NCBI GenBank assembly: GCA_964016885.1 | Contig: OZ024740.1 | Location: 23,498,001 to 23,562,000, forward strand | Length of the DNA: 64,000 nt | Reading direction: 5' to 3' | From: Eledone cirrhosa | Lineage: Eukaryota | Part shown: positions 15,001-27,000 of the stretch, in pieces | Numbering within the stretch: the first letter of the stretch is position 1 | Layout: each line of letters opens with the position of its first letter | Made by a program: the position numbers and the translations under genes | Notes under the pieces: model-generated | What the model was told of the DNA's origin: nothing | What the model saw: only the letters and a program-made list of their open reading frames with translations | The model's database searches: none

Positions 15001-18000
15001 TTGGTGTTGTTGTTAGTGTTGTTGATCGTGATGCTGTTTGCTGTCAATGTTGTTGGTGTCGTCGTTAGTGTTGTTGATCGTGATGCTGTTTGCTGTCATT
15101 GTTGTTGGTGTTGTTGTTAGTGTTGTTGATCGTGATGCTGTTTGCTGTCAATGTTGTTGGTGTCGTCGTTAGTGTTGTTGATCGTGATGCTGTTTGCTGT
15201 CATTGTTGTTGGTGTTGTTGTTAGTGTTGTTGGTCGTGATGCTGTTTGCTGTCATTGTTGTTGGTGTTGTTGTTAGTGTTGTTGATCGTGATGCTGTTTG
15301 CCGTCATTGTTGTTGGTGTTGTTGTTAGTGTTGTTGATCGTGATGCTGTTTGCCGTCATTGTTGTTGGTGTTGTTGTTAGTGTTGTTGATCGTGATGCTG
15401 TTTGCCGTCATTGTTGTTGGTGTTGTTGTTAGTGTTGTTGGTCGTGATGCTGTTTGCTGTCATTGTTGTTGGTGTTGTTGTTAGTGTTGTTGATCGTGAT
15501 GCTGTTTGCCGTCATTGTTGTTGGTGTTGTTGTTAGTGTTGTTGGTCGTGATGCTGTTTGCTGTCATTGTTGTTGGTGTTGTTGTTAGTGTTGTTGGTCG
15601 TGATGCTGTTTGCTGTCATTGTTGTTGGTGTTGTTGTTAGTGTTGTTGATCGTGATGCTGTTTGCCGTCATTGTTGTTGGTGTTGTTGTTAGTGTTGTTG
15701 GTCGTGATGCTCTTTGCTGTCATTGTTGTTGGTGTTGTTGTTAGTGTTGTTGGTCGTGATGCTGTTTGCTGTCATTGTTGTTGGTGTTGTTGATCGTGAT
15801 GCTGTTTGCCGTCATTGTTGTTGGTGTTGTTGTTAGTGTTGTTGGTCGTGATGCTCTTTGCTGTCATTGTTGTTGGTGTCGTCGTTAGTGTTGTTGATCG
15901 TGTTGCTGTTTGCTGTCATTGTTGTTGGTGTTGTTGTTAGTGTTGTTGGTCGTGATGCTGTTTGCTGTCATTGTTGTTGGTGTTGTTGTTAGTGTTGTTG
16001 ATCGTGATGCTGTTTGCCGTCATTGTTGTTGGTGTTGTTGTTAGTGTTGTTGGTCGTGATGCTGTTTGCTGTCAATGTTGTTGGTGTCGTCGTTAGTGTT
16101 GTTGATCGTGATGCTGTTTGCTGTCATTGTTGTTGGTGTTGTTGTTAGTGTTGTTGGTCGTGATGCTGTTTGCTGTCATTGTTGTTGGTGTTGTTGTTAG
16201 TGTTGTTGATCGTGATGCTGTTTGCCGTCATTGTTGTTGGTGTTGTTGTTAGTGTTGTTGGTCGTGATGCTCTTTGCTGTCATTGTTGTTGGTGTCGTCG
16301 TTAGTGTTGTTGATCGTGTTGCTGTTTGCTGTCATTGTTGTTGGTGTCGTCGTTAGTGTTGTTGATCGTGATGCTGTTTGCTGTCATTGTTGTTGGTGTT
16401 GTTGTTAGTGTTGTTGATCGTGATGCTGTTTGCTGTCAATGTTGTTGGTGTTGTTGTTAGTGTTGTTGGTCGTGATGCTGTTTGCTGTCAATGTTGTTGG
16501 TGTCGTCGTTAGTGTTGTTGATCGTGATGCTGTTTGCTGTCATTGTTGTTGGTGTTGTTGTTAGTGTTGTTGATCGTGATGCTGTTTGCTGTCAATGTTG
16601 TTGGTGTTGTTGTTAGTGTTGTTGATCGTGATGCTGTTTGCTGTCATTGTTGTTGGTGTTGTTGTTAGTGTTGTTGGTCGTGATGCTGTTTGCTGTCATT
16701 GTTGTTGGTGTTGTTGTTAGTGTTGTTGGTCGTGATGCAGTTTGCTGTCAATGTTGTTGGTGTTGTTGTTAGTGTTGTTGGTCGTGATGCTGTTTGCTGT
16801 CAATGTTGTTGGTGTTGTTGTTAGTGTTGTTGGTCGTGATGCTGTTTGCTGTCAATGTTGTTGGTGTTGTTGTTAGTGTTGTTGGTCGTGATGCTGTTTG
16901 CTGTCAATGTTGTTGGTGTTGTTGTTAGTGTTGTTGGTCGTGATGCTGTTTGCTGTCAATGTTGTTGGTGTTGTTGTTAGTGTTGTTGGTCGTGATGCTG
17001 TTTGCTGTCATTGTTGTTGGTGTTGTTGTTAGTGTTGTTGGTCGTGATGCTGTTTGCTGTCATTGTTGTTGGTGTTGTTGTTAGTGTTGTTGGTCGTGAT
17101 GCTGTTTGCTGTCATTGTTGTTGGTGTTGTTGTTAGTGTTGTTGGTCGTGATGCTGTTTGCTGTCAATGTTGTTGGTGTCGTCGTTAGTGTTGTTGATCG
17201 TGATGCTGTTTGCTGTCATTGTTGTTGGTGTTGTTGTTAGTGTTGTTGGTCGTGATGCTGTTTGCTGTCATTGTTGTTGGTGTTGTTGTTAGTGTTGTTG
17301 GTCGTGATGCTGTTTGCTGTCAATGTTGTTGGTGTTGTTGTTAGTGTTGTTGGTCGTGATGCTGTTTGCTGTCAATGTTGTTGGTGTTGTTGTTAGTGTT
17401 GTTGGTCGTGATGCTGTTTGCTGTCATTGTTGTTGGTGTTGTTGTTAGTGTTGTTGGTCGTGATGCTGTTTGCTGTCATTGTTGTTGGTGTTGTTGTTAG
17501 TGTTGTTGGTCGTGATGCTGTTTGCTGTCAATGTTGTTGGTGTCGTCGTTAGTGTTGTTGATCGTGATGCTGTTTGCTGTCATTGTTGTTGGTGTTGTTG
17601 TTAGTGTTGTTGGTCGTGATGCTGTTTGCTGTCATTGTTGTTGGTGTTGTTGTTAGTGTTGTTGGTCGTGATGCTGTTTGCTGTCAATGTTGTTGGTGTC
17701 GTCGTTAGTGTTGTTGATCGTGATGCTGTTTGCTGTCATTGTTGTTGGTGTTGTTGTTAGTGTTGTTGGTCGTGATGCTGTTTGCTGTCATTGTTGTTGG
17801 TGTTGTTGTTAGTGTTGTTGATCGTGATGCTGTTTGCCGTCATTGTTGTTGGTGTTGTTGTTAGTGTTGTTGGTCGTGATGCTCTTTGCTGTCATTGTTG
17901 TTGGTGTCGTCGTTAGTGTTGTTGATCGTGTTGCTGTTTGCTGTCATTGTTGTTGGTGTCGTCGTTAGTGTTGTTGATCGTGATGCTGTTTGCTGTCATT

Positions 18001-21000
18001 GTTGTTGGTGTCGTCGTTAGTGTTGTTGATCGTGATGCTGTTTGCTGTCATTGTTGTTGGTGTCGTCGTTAGTGTTGTTGATCGTGTTGCTGTTTGCTGT
18101 CATTGTTGTTGGTGTCGTCGTTAGTGTTGTTGATCGTGATGCTGTTTGCTGTCATTGTTGTTGGTGTCGTCGTTAGTGTTGTTGATCGTGATGCTGTTTG
18201 CTGTCATTGTTGTTGGTGTCGTCGTTAGTGTTGTTGATCGTGTTGCTGTTTGCTGTCATTGTTGTTGGTGTCGTCGTTAGTGTTGTTGATCGTGATGCTG
18301 TTTGCTGTCATTGTTGTTGGTGTCGTCGTTAGTGTTGTTGATCGTGATGCTGTTTGCTGTCATTGTTGTTGGTGTCGTCGTTAGTGTTGTTGATCGTGTT
18401 GCTGTTTGCTGTCATTGTTGTTGGTGTCGTCGTTAGTGTTGTTGATCGTGATGCTGTTTGCTGTCATTGTTGTTGGTGTTGTTGTTAGTGTTGTTGATCG
18501 TGATGCTGTTTGCTGTCATTGTTGTTGGTGTTGTTGTTAGTGTTGTTGATCGTGATGCTGTTTGCTGTCATTGTTGTTGGTGTTGTTGTTAGTGTTGTTG
18601 GTCGTGATGCTGTTTGCTGTCATTGTTGTTGGTGTTGTTGTTAGTGTTGTTGATCGTGATGCTGTTTGCTGTCATTGTTGTTGGTGTTGTTGTTAATGTT
18701 GTTGATCGTGATGCTGTTTGCTGTCATTGTTGTTGGTGTCGTCGTTAGTGTTGTTGATCGTGATGCTGTTTGCTGTCATTGTTGTTGGTGTTGTTGTTAG
18801 TGTTGTTGATCGTGATGCTGTTTGCTGTCATTGTTGTTGGTGTTGTTGTTAGTGTTGTTGATCGTGATGCTGTTTGCTGTCATTGTTGTTGGTGTCGTCG
18901 TTAGTGTTGTTGATCGTGATGCTGTTTGCTGTCATTGTTGTTGGTGTTGTTGTTAGTGTTGTTGGTCGTGATGCTGTTTGCTGTCATTGTTGTTGGTGTT
19001 GTTGTTAGTGTTGTTGGTCGTGATGCTGTTTGCTGTCATTGTTGTTGGTGTCGTCGTTAGTGTTGTTGATCGTGATGCTGTTTGCTGTCATTGTTGTTGG
19101 TGTTGTTGTTAGTGTTGTTGATCGTGATGCTGTTTGCTGTCATTGTTGTTGGTGTCGTCGTTAGTGTTGTTGATCGTGATGCTGTTTGCTGTCATTGTTG
19201 TTGGTGTCGTCGTTAGTGTTGTTGATCGTGATGCTGTTTGCTGTCATTGTTGTTGGTGTTGTTGTTAGTGTTGTTGGTCGTGATGCTGTTTGCTGTCATT
19301 GTTGTTGGTGTTGTTGTTAGTGTTGTTGATCGTGTTGCTGTTTGCTGTCATTGTTGTTGGTGTCGTCGTTAGTGTTGTTGATCGTGATGCTGTTTGCTGT
19401 CATTGTTGTTGGTGTTGTTGTTAGTGTTGTTGATCGTGTTGCTGTTTGCTGTCATTGTTGTTGGTGTTGTTGTTAGTGTTGTTGATCGTGATGCTGTTTG
19501 CTGTCATTGTTGTTGGTGTTGTTGTTAGTGTTGTTGATCGTGTTGCTGTTTGCTGTCATTGTTGTTGGTGTCGTCGTTAGTGTTGTTGATCGTGATGCTG
19601 TTTGCTGTCATTGTTGTTGGTGTCGTCGTTAGTGTTGTTGATCGTGTTGCTGTTTGCTGTCATTGTTGTTGGTGTTATTGTTAGTGTTGTTGGTCGTGAT
19701 GCTGTTTGCTGTCATTGTTGTTGGTGTCGTCGTTAGTGTTGTCGATCGTGATGCTGTTTGCTGTCATTGTTGTTGGTGTTGTTGTTAGTGTTGTTGGTCG
19801 TGATGCTGTTTGCTGTCATTGTTGTTGGTGTTGTTGTTAGTGTTGTTGGTCGTGATGCTGTTTGCTGTCATTGTTGTTGGTGTCGTCGTTAGTGTTGTCG
19901 ATCGTGATGCTGTTTGCTGTCATTGTTGTTGGTGTTGTTGTTAGTGTTGTTGGTCGTGATGCTGTTTGCTGTCATTGTTGTTGGTGTCGTCGTTAGTGTT
20001 GTCGATCGTGATGCTGTTTGCTGTCATTGTTGTTGGTGTTGTTGTTAGTGTTGTTGGTCGTGATGCTGTTTGCTGTAATTGTTGTTGGTGTTGTTGTTAG
20101 TGTTGTTGATCGTGATGCTGTTTTCTGTCATTGTTGTTGGTGTCGTCGTTAGTGTTGTTGATCGTGATGCTGTTTGCTGTCATTGTTGTTGGTGTTGTTG
20201 TTAGTGTTGTTGGTCGTGATGCTGTTTGCTGTCATTGTTGTTGGTGTTGTTGTTAGTGTTGTTGGTCGTGATGCTGTTTGCTGTCATTGTTGTTGGTGTT
20301 GTTGTTAGTGTTGTTGGTCGTGATGCTGTTTGCTGTCATTGTTGTTGGTGTTGTTGTTAGTGTTGTTGGTCGTGATGCTGTTTGCTGTCATTGTTGTTGG
20401 TGTCGTCGTTAGTGTTGTCGATCGTGATGCTGTTTGCTGTCATTGTTGTTGGTGTTGTTGTTAGTGTTGTTGGTCGTGATGCTGTTTGCTGTAATTGTTG
20501 TTGGTGTTGTTGTTAGTGTTGTTGATCGTGATGCTGTTTTCTGTCATTGTTGTTGGTGTCGTCGTTAGTGTTGTTGATCGTGATGCTGTTTGCTGTCATT
20601 GTTGTTGGTGTTGTTGTTAGTGTTGTTGGTCGTGATGCTGTTTGCTGTCATTGTTGTTGGTGTTGTTGTTAGTGTTGTTGGTCGTGATGCTGTTTGCTGT
20701 CATTGTTGTTGGTGTTGTTGTTAGTGTTGTTGGTCGTGATGCTGTTTGCTGTCATTGTTGTTGGTGTTGTTGTTAGTGTTGTTGGTCGTGATACTGTTTG
20801 CTGTCATTGTTGTTGGTGTTGTTGTTAGTGTTGTTGGTCCTGATGCTGTTTGCTGTCATTGTTGTTGGTGTTGTTGTTAGTGTTGTTGGTCGTGATGCTG
20901 TTTGCTGTCAATGTTATTGGTGTTATTGTTAGTGTTGTTGGTCGTGATGCTGTTTGCTGTCAATGTTATTGGTGTTGTTGTTAGTGTTGTTGGTCGTGAT

Positions 21001-24000
21001 GCTGTTTGCTTTCATTGTTGTTGGTGTTATTGTTAGTGTTGTTGGTCGTGATGCTGTTTGCTGTCATTGTTGTTGGTGTTGTTGTTAGTGTTGTTGATCG
21101 TGATGCTGTTTGCTGTCATTGTTGTTGGTGTTGTTGTTAGTGTTGTTGATCGTGATGCTGTTTGCTGTCAATGTTGTTGGTGTTGTTGTTAGTGTTGTTG
21201 ATCGTGATGCTGTTTGCTGTCATTGTTGTTGGTGTTGTTGTTAGTGTTGTTGATCGTGATGCTGTTTGCTGTCAATGTTGTTGGTGTTGTTGTTAGTGTT
21301 GTTGATCGTGATGCTGTTTGCTGTCAATGTTGTCGGTGTTGTTGTTAGTGTTGTTGATCGTGATGCTGTTTGCTGTCAATGTTGTTGGTGTTGTTGTTAG
21401 TGTTGTTGATCGTGATGCTGTTTGCTGTCATTGTTGTTGGTGTTGTTGTTAGTGTTGTTGATCGTGATGCTGTTTGCTGTCAATGTTGTTGGTGTTGTTG
21501 TTAGTGTTGTTGATCGTGATGCTGTTTGCTGTCATTGTTGTTGGTGTTATTGTTAGTGTTGTTGGTCGTGATGCTGTTTGCTGTCATTGTTGTTGGTGTT
21601 GTTGTTAGTGTTGTTGATCGTGATGCTGTTTGCTGTCATTGTTGTTGGTGTTGTTGTTAGTGTTGTTGATCGTGATGCTGTTTGCTGTCAATGTTGTTGG
21701 TGTTGTTGTTAGTGTTGTTGATCGTGATGCTGTTTGCTGTCATTGTTGTTGGTGTTGTTGTTAGTGTTGTTGATCGTGATGCTGTTTGCTGTCAATGTTG
21801 TTGGTGTTGTTGTTAGTGTTGTTGATCGTGATGCTGTTTGCTGTCATTGTTGTTGGTGTTATTGTTAGTGTTGTTGGTCGTGATGCTGTTTGCTGTCATT
21901 GTTGTTGGTGTTGTTGTTAGTGTTGTTGATCGAGATGCTGTTTGCTGTCAATGTTGTTGGTGTTGTTGTTAGTATTGTTGGTCGTGATGCTGTTTGCTGT
22001 CATGGTTGTTGGTTTTGTTGTTTGTGTTGTTGATCGTGATGCTGTTTGCTGTCAATGTTGTTGGTGTTGTTGTTTGTGTTGTTGATCGTGATGCTGTTTG
22101 CTGTAATTGTTGTTGGTGTTGTTGTTAGTGTTGTTGGTCGTGATGCTGTTTGCTGTAATTGTTGTTGGTGTTGTTGTTAGTGTTGTTGATCAAGATGCTG
22201 TTTGCTGTCAATGTTGTTGGTGTTGTTGTTAGTGTTGTTGGTCGTGATGCTGTTTGCTGTAATTGTTGTTGGTGTTGTTGTTAGTGTTGTTGGTCGTGAT
22301 GCTGTTTGCTGTAATTGTTGTTGGTGTTGTTGTTAGTGTTGTTGGTCGTGATGCTGTTTGCTGTAATTGTTGTTGGTGTTGTTGTTAGTGTTGTTGGTCG
22401 TGATGCTGTTTGCTGTCATTGTTGTTGGTGTTGTTGTTAGTGTTGTTGGTCGTGATGCTGTTTGCTGTAATTGTTATTGGTGTTGTTGTTAGTGTTGTTG
22501 ATCGTGATGCTGTTTGCTGTCATTGTTGTTGGTGTTGTTGTTAGTGTTGTTGATCGTGATGCTGTTTGCTGTCAATGTTGTTGGTGTTATTGTTAGTGTT
22601 GTTGATCGTGATGCTGTTTGCTGTCATTGTTGTTGGTGTTGTGTTAGTGTTGTTGGTCGTGATGCTGTTTGCTGTCATTGTTGTTGGTGTTGTTGTTAGT
22701 GTTGTTGATCGTGATGCTGTTTGCTGTCATTGTTGTTGGTGTTGTGTTAGTGTTGTTGGTCGTGATGCTGTTTGCTGTCATTGTTGTTGGTGTTGTTGTT
22801 AGTGTTGTTGGTCGTGATGCTGTTTGCTGTCATTGTTGTTGGTGTTGTTGTTAGTGTTGTTGGTGTTGTTGTTAGTGTTGTTGATCGTGATGCTGTTTGC
22901 TTTCATTGTTGTTGGTGTTGTTGTTAGTGTTGTTGGTCGTGATGCTGTTTGCTGTCATTGTTGTTGGTGTTGTTGTTAGTGTTGTTGGCCGTGATGCTGT
23001 TTGCTGTCATTGTTGTTGGTGTTATTGTTAGTGTTGTTGATCGTGATGCTGTTTGCTGTCATTGTTGTTGGTGTTGTTAGTGTTGTTGGTCGTGATGATG
23101 TTTGCTGTCATTGTTGTTGGTGTTGTTGTTAGTGTTGTTGGTCGTGATGCTGTTTGCTGTCATTGTTGTTGGTGTTGTTGTTAGTGTTGTTGGTCGTGAT
23201 GCTGTTTGCTGTCATTGTTGTTGGTGTTGTTAGTGTTGTTGGTCGTGATGCTGTTTGCTGTCATTGTTGTTGGTGTTGTTAGTGTTGTTGGTCGTGATGC
23301 TGTTTGCTGTCATTGTTGTTGGTGTTGTTGTTAGTGTTGTTGGTCGTGATGCTGTTTGCTGTCATTGTTGTTGGTGTTGTTGATCGTGATGATGTTTGCT
23401 GTCAATGTTGTTGGTGTTGTTGTTAGTGTTGTTGATCGTGATGCTGTTTGCTGTCAATGTTGTTGGTGTTGTTGTTAGTGTTGTTGATCGTGATGCTGTT
23501 TGCTGTCATTGTTGTTGGTGTCGTCGTTAGTGTTGTTGATCGTGATGCTGTTTGCTGTCATTGTTGTTGGTGTTGTTGTTAGTGTTGTTGATCGTGATGC
23601 TGTTTGCTGTCAATGCTGTTGGTCTCTTCGTTAGTGTTGTTGATCGTGATGCTGTTTGCTGTCATTGTTGTTGGTGTTGTTGTTAGTGTTGTTGATCGTG
23701 TTGCTGTTTGCTGTCATTGTTGTTGGTGTTGTTGTTAGTGTTGTTGATCGTGATGCAGTTTGCTGTCATTGTTGTTGGTGTTGTTGTTAGTGTTGTTGAT
23801 CGTGATGCAGTTTGCTGTCATTGTTGTTGGTGTTGTTGTTAGTGTTGTTGATCGTGATGCTGTTTGCTGTCATTGTTGTTGGTGTTGTTGTTAGTGTTGT
23901 TGATCGTGATGCTGTTTGCTGTCATTGTTGTTGGTGTCGTCGTTAGTGTTGTTGATCGTGATGCTGTTTGCTGTCAATGTTGTTGGTGTTATTGTTAGTG

Positions 24001-27000
24001 TTGTTGATCGTAATGCTGTTTGCTGTCATTGTTGTTGGTGTTGTTGTTAGTGTTGTTGATCGTGATGCTGTTTGCTGTCATTGTTGTTGGTGTTGTTGTT
24101 AGTGTTGTTGATCGTGATGCTGTTTGCTGTCATTGTTGTTGGTGTCGTCGTTAGTGTTGTTGATCGTGATGCTGTTTGCTGTCAATGTTGTTGGTGTTAT
24201 TGTTAGTGTTGTTGATCGTAATGCTGTTTGCTGTCATTGTTGTTGGTGTTGTTGTTAGTGTTGTTGATCGTGATGCTGTTTGCTGTCATTGTTGTTGGTG
24301 TTGTTGTTAGTGTTGTTGGTCGTGATGCTGTTTGCTGTCATTGTTGTTGGTGTTGTTGTTAGTGTTGTTGATCGTGATGCTGTTTGCTGTCATTGTTGTT
24401 GGTGTTATTGTTAGTGTTGTTGATCGTAATGCTCTTTGCTGTCATTGTTGTTGGTGTTGTTGTTAGTGTTGTTGGTCGTGTTGCTGTTTGCTGTCATTGT
24501 TGTTGGTGTTATTGTTAGTGTTGTTGATCGTAATGCTCTTTGCTGTCATTGTTGTTGGTGTTGTTGTTAGTGTTGTTGGTCGTGATGCTGTTTGCTGTCA
24601 TTGTTGTTGGTGTTATTGTTAGTGTTGTTGATCGTAATGCTCTTTGCTGTCATTGTTGTTGGTGTTATTGTTAGTGTTGTTGATCGTAATGCTCTTTGCT
24701 GTCATTGTTGTTGGTGTTGTTGTAAGTGTTGTTGATCGTGATGCTGTTTGCTGTCATTGTTGTTGGTGTTATTGTTAGTGTTGTTGATCGTAATGCTCTT
24801 TGCTGTCATTGTTGTTGGTGTTGTTGTAAGTGTTGTTGATCGTGATGCTGTTTGCTGTCATTGTTGTTGGTGTTGTTGTAAGTGTTGTTGATCGTGATGC
24901 TGTTTGCTGTCAATGCTGTTGGTGTCGTCGTTAGTGTTGTTGATCGTGATGCTGTTTGCTGTCATTGTTGTTGGTGTTGTTGTTAGTGTTGTTGGTCGTG
25001 ATGCTGTTTGCTGTCATTGTTGTTGGTGTTGTTGTTAGTGTTGTTGATCGTGATGCTGTTTGCTGTCATTGTTGTTGGTGTTATTGTTAGTGTTGTTGAT
25101 CGTAATGCTCTTTGCTGTCATTGTTGTTGGTGTTGTTGTTAGTGTTGTTGGTCGTGATGCTGTTTGCTGTCATTGTTGTTGGTGTTGTTGTTAGTGTTGT
25201 TGATCGTGATGCTGTTTGCTGTCATTGTTGTTGGTGTTGTTGTTAGTGTTGTTGATCGTAATGCTCTTTGCTGTCATTGTTGTTGGTGTTGTTGTTAGTG
25301 TTGTTGATCGTGATGCTGTTTGCTGTCATTGTTGTTGGTGTCGTCGTTAGTGTTGTTGATCGTGATGCTCTTTGCTGTCATTGTTGTTGGTGTTGTTGTT
25401 AGTGTTGTTGATCGTGATGCTGTTTGCTGTCATTGTTGTTGGTGTCGTCGTTAGTGTTGTTGATCGTGATGCTGTTTGCTGTCATTGTTGTTGGTGTTGT
25501 TGTTAGTGTTGTTGGCCGTGATGCTGTTTGCTGTCATTGTTGTTGGTGTTATTGTTAGTGTTGTTGATCGTGATGCTGTTTGCTGTCATTGTTGTTGGTG
25601 TTGTTAGTGTTGTTGGTCGTGATGATGTTTGCTGTCATTGTTGTTGGTGTTGTTGTTAGTGTTGTTGGTCGTGATGCTGTTTGCTGTCATTGTTGTTGGT
25701 GTTGTTGTTAGTGTTGTTGGTCGTGATGCTGTTTGCTGTCATTGTTGTTGGTGTTGTTAGTGTTGTTGGTCGTGATGCTGTTTGCTGTCATTGTTGTTGG
25801 TGTTGTTAGTGTTGTTGGTCGTGATGCTGTTTGCTGTCATTGTTGTTGGTGTTGTTGTTAGTGTTGTTGGTCGTGATGCTGTTTGCTGTCATTGTTGTTG
25901 GTGTTGTTGATCGTGATGATGTTTGCTGTCAATGTTGTTGGTGTTGTTGTTAGTGTTGTTGATCGTGATGCTGTTTGCTGTCAATGTTGTTGGTGTTGTT
26001 GTTAGTGTTGTTGATCGTGATGCTGTTTGCTGTCATTGTTGTTGGTGTCGTCGTTAGTGTTGTTGATCGTGATGCTGTTTGCTGTCATTGTTGTTGGTGT
26101 TGTTGTTAGTGTTGTTGATCGTGATGCTGTTTGCTGTCAATGCTGTTGGTCTCTTCGTTAGTGTTGTTGATCGTGATGCTGTTTGCTGTCATTGTTGTTG
26201 GTGTTGTTGTTAGTGTTGTTGATCGTGTTGCTGTTTGCTGTCATTGTTGTTGGTGTTGTTGTTAGTGTTGTTGATCGTGATGCAGTTTGCTGTCATTGTT
26301 GTTGGTGTTGTTGTTAGTGTTGTTGATCGTGATGCAGTTTGCTGTCATTGTTGTTGGTGTTGTTGTTAGTGTTGTTGATCGTGATGCTGTTTGCTGTCAT
26401 TGTTGTTGGTGTTGTTGTTAGTGTTGTTGATCGTGATGCTGTTTGCTGTCATTGTTGTTGGTGTCGTCGTTAGTGTTGTTGATCGTGATGCTGTTTGCTG
26501 TCAATGTTGTTGGTGTTATTGTTAGTGTTGTTGATCGTAATGCTGTTTGCTGTCATTGTTGTTGGTGTTGTTGTTAGTGTTGTTGATCGTGATGCTGTTT
26601 GCTGTCATTGTTGTTGGTGTTGTTGTTAGTGTTGTTGATCGTGATGCTGTTTGCTGTCATTGTTGTTGGTGTCGTCGTTAGTGTTGTTGATCGTGATGCT
26701 GTTTGCTGTCAATGTTGTTGGTGTTATTGTTAGTGTTGTTGATCGTAATGCTGTTTGCTGTCATTGTTGTTGGTGTTGTTGTTAGTGTTGTTGATCGTGA
26801 TGCTGTTTGCTGTCATTGTTGTTGGTGTTGTTGTTAGTGTTGTTGGTCGTGATGCTGTTTGCTGTCATTGTTGTTGGTGTTGTTGTTAGTGTTGTTGATC
26901 GTGATGCTGTTTGCTGTCATTGTTGTTGGTGTTATTGTTAGTGTTGTTGATCGTAATGCTCTTTGCTGTCATTGTTGTTGGTGTTGTTGTTAGTGTTGTT

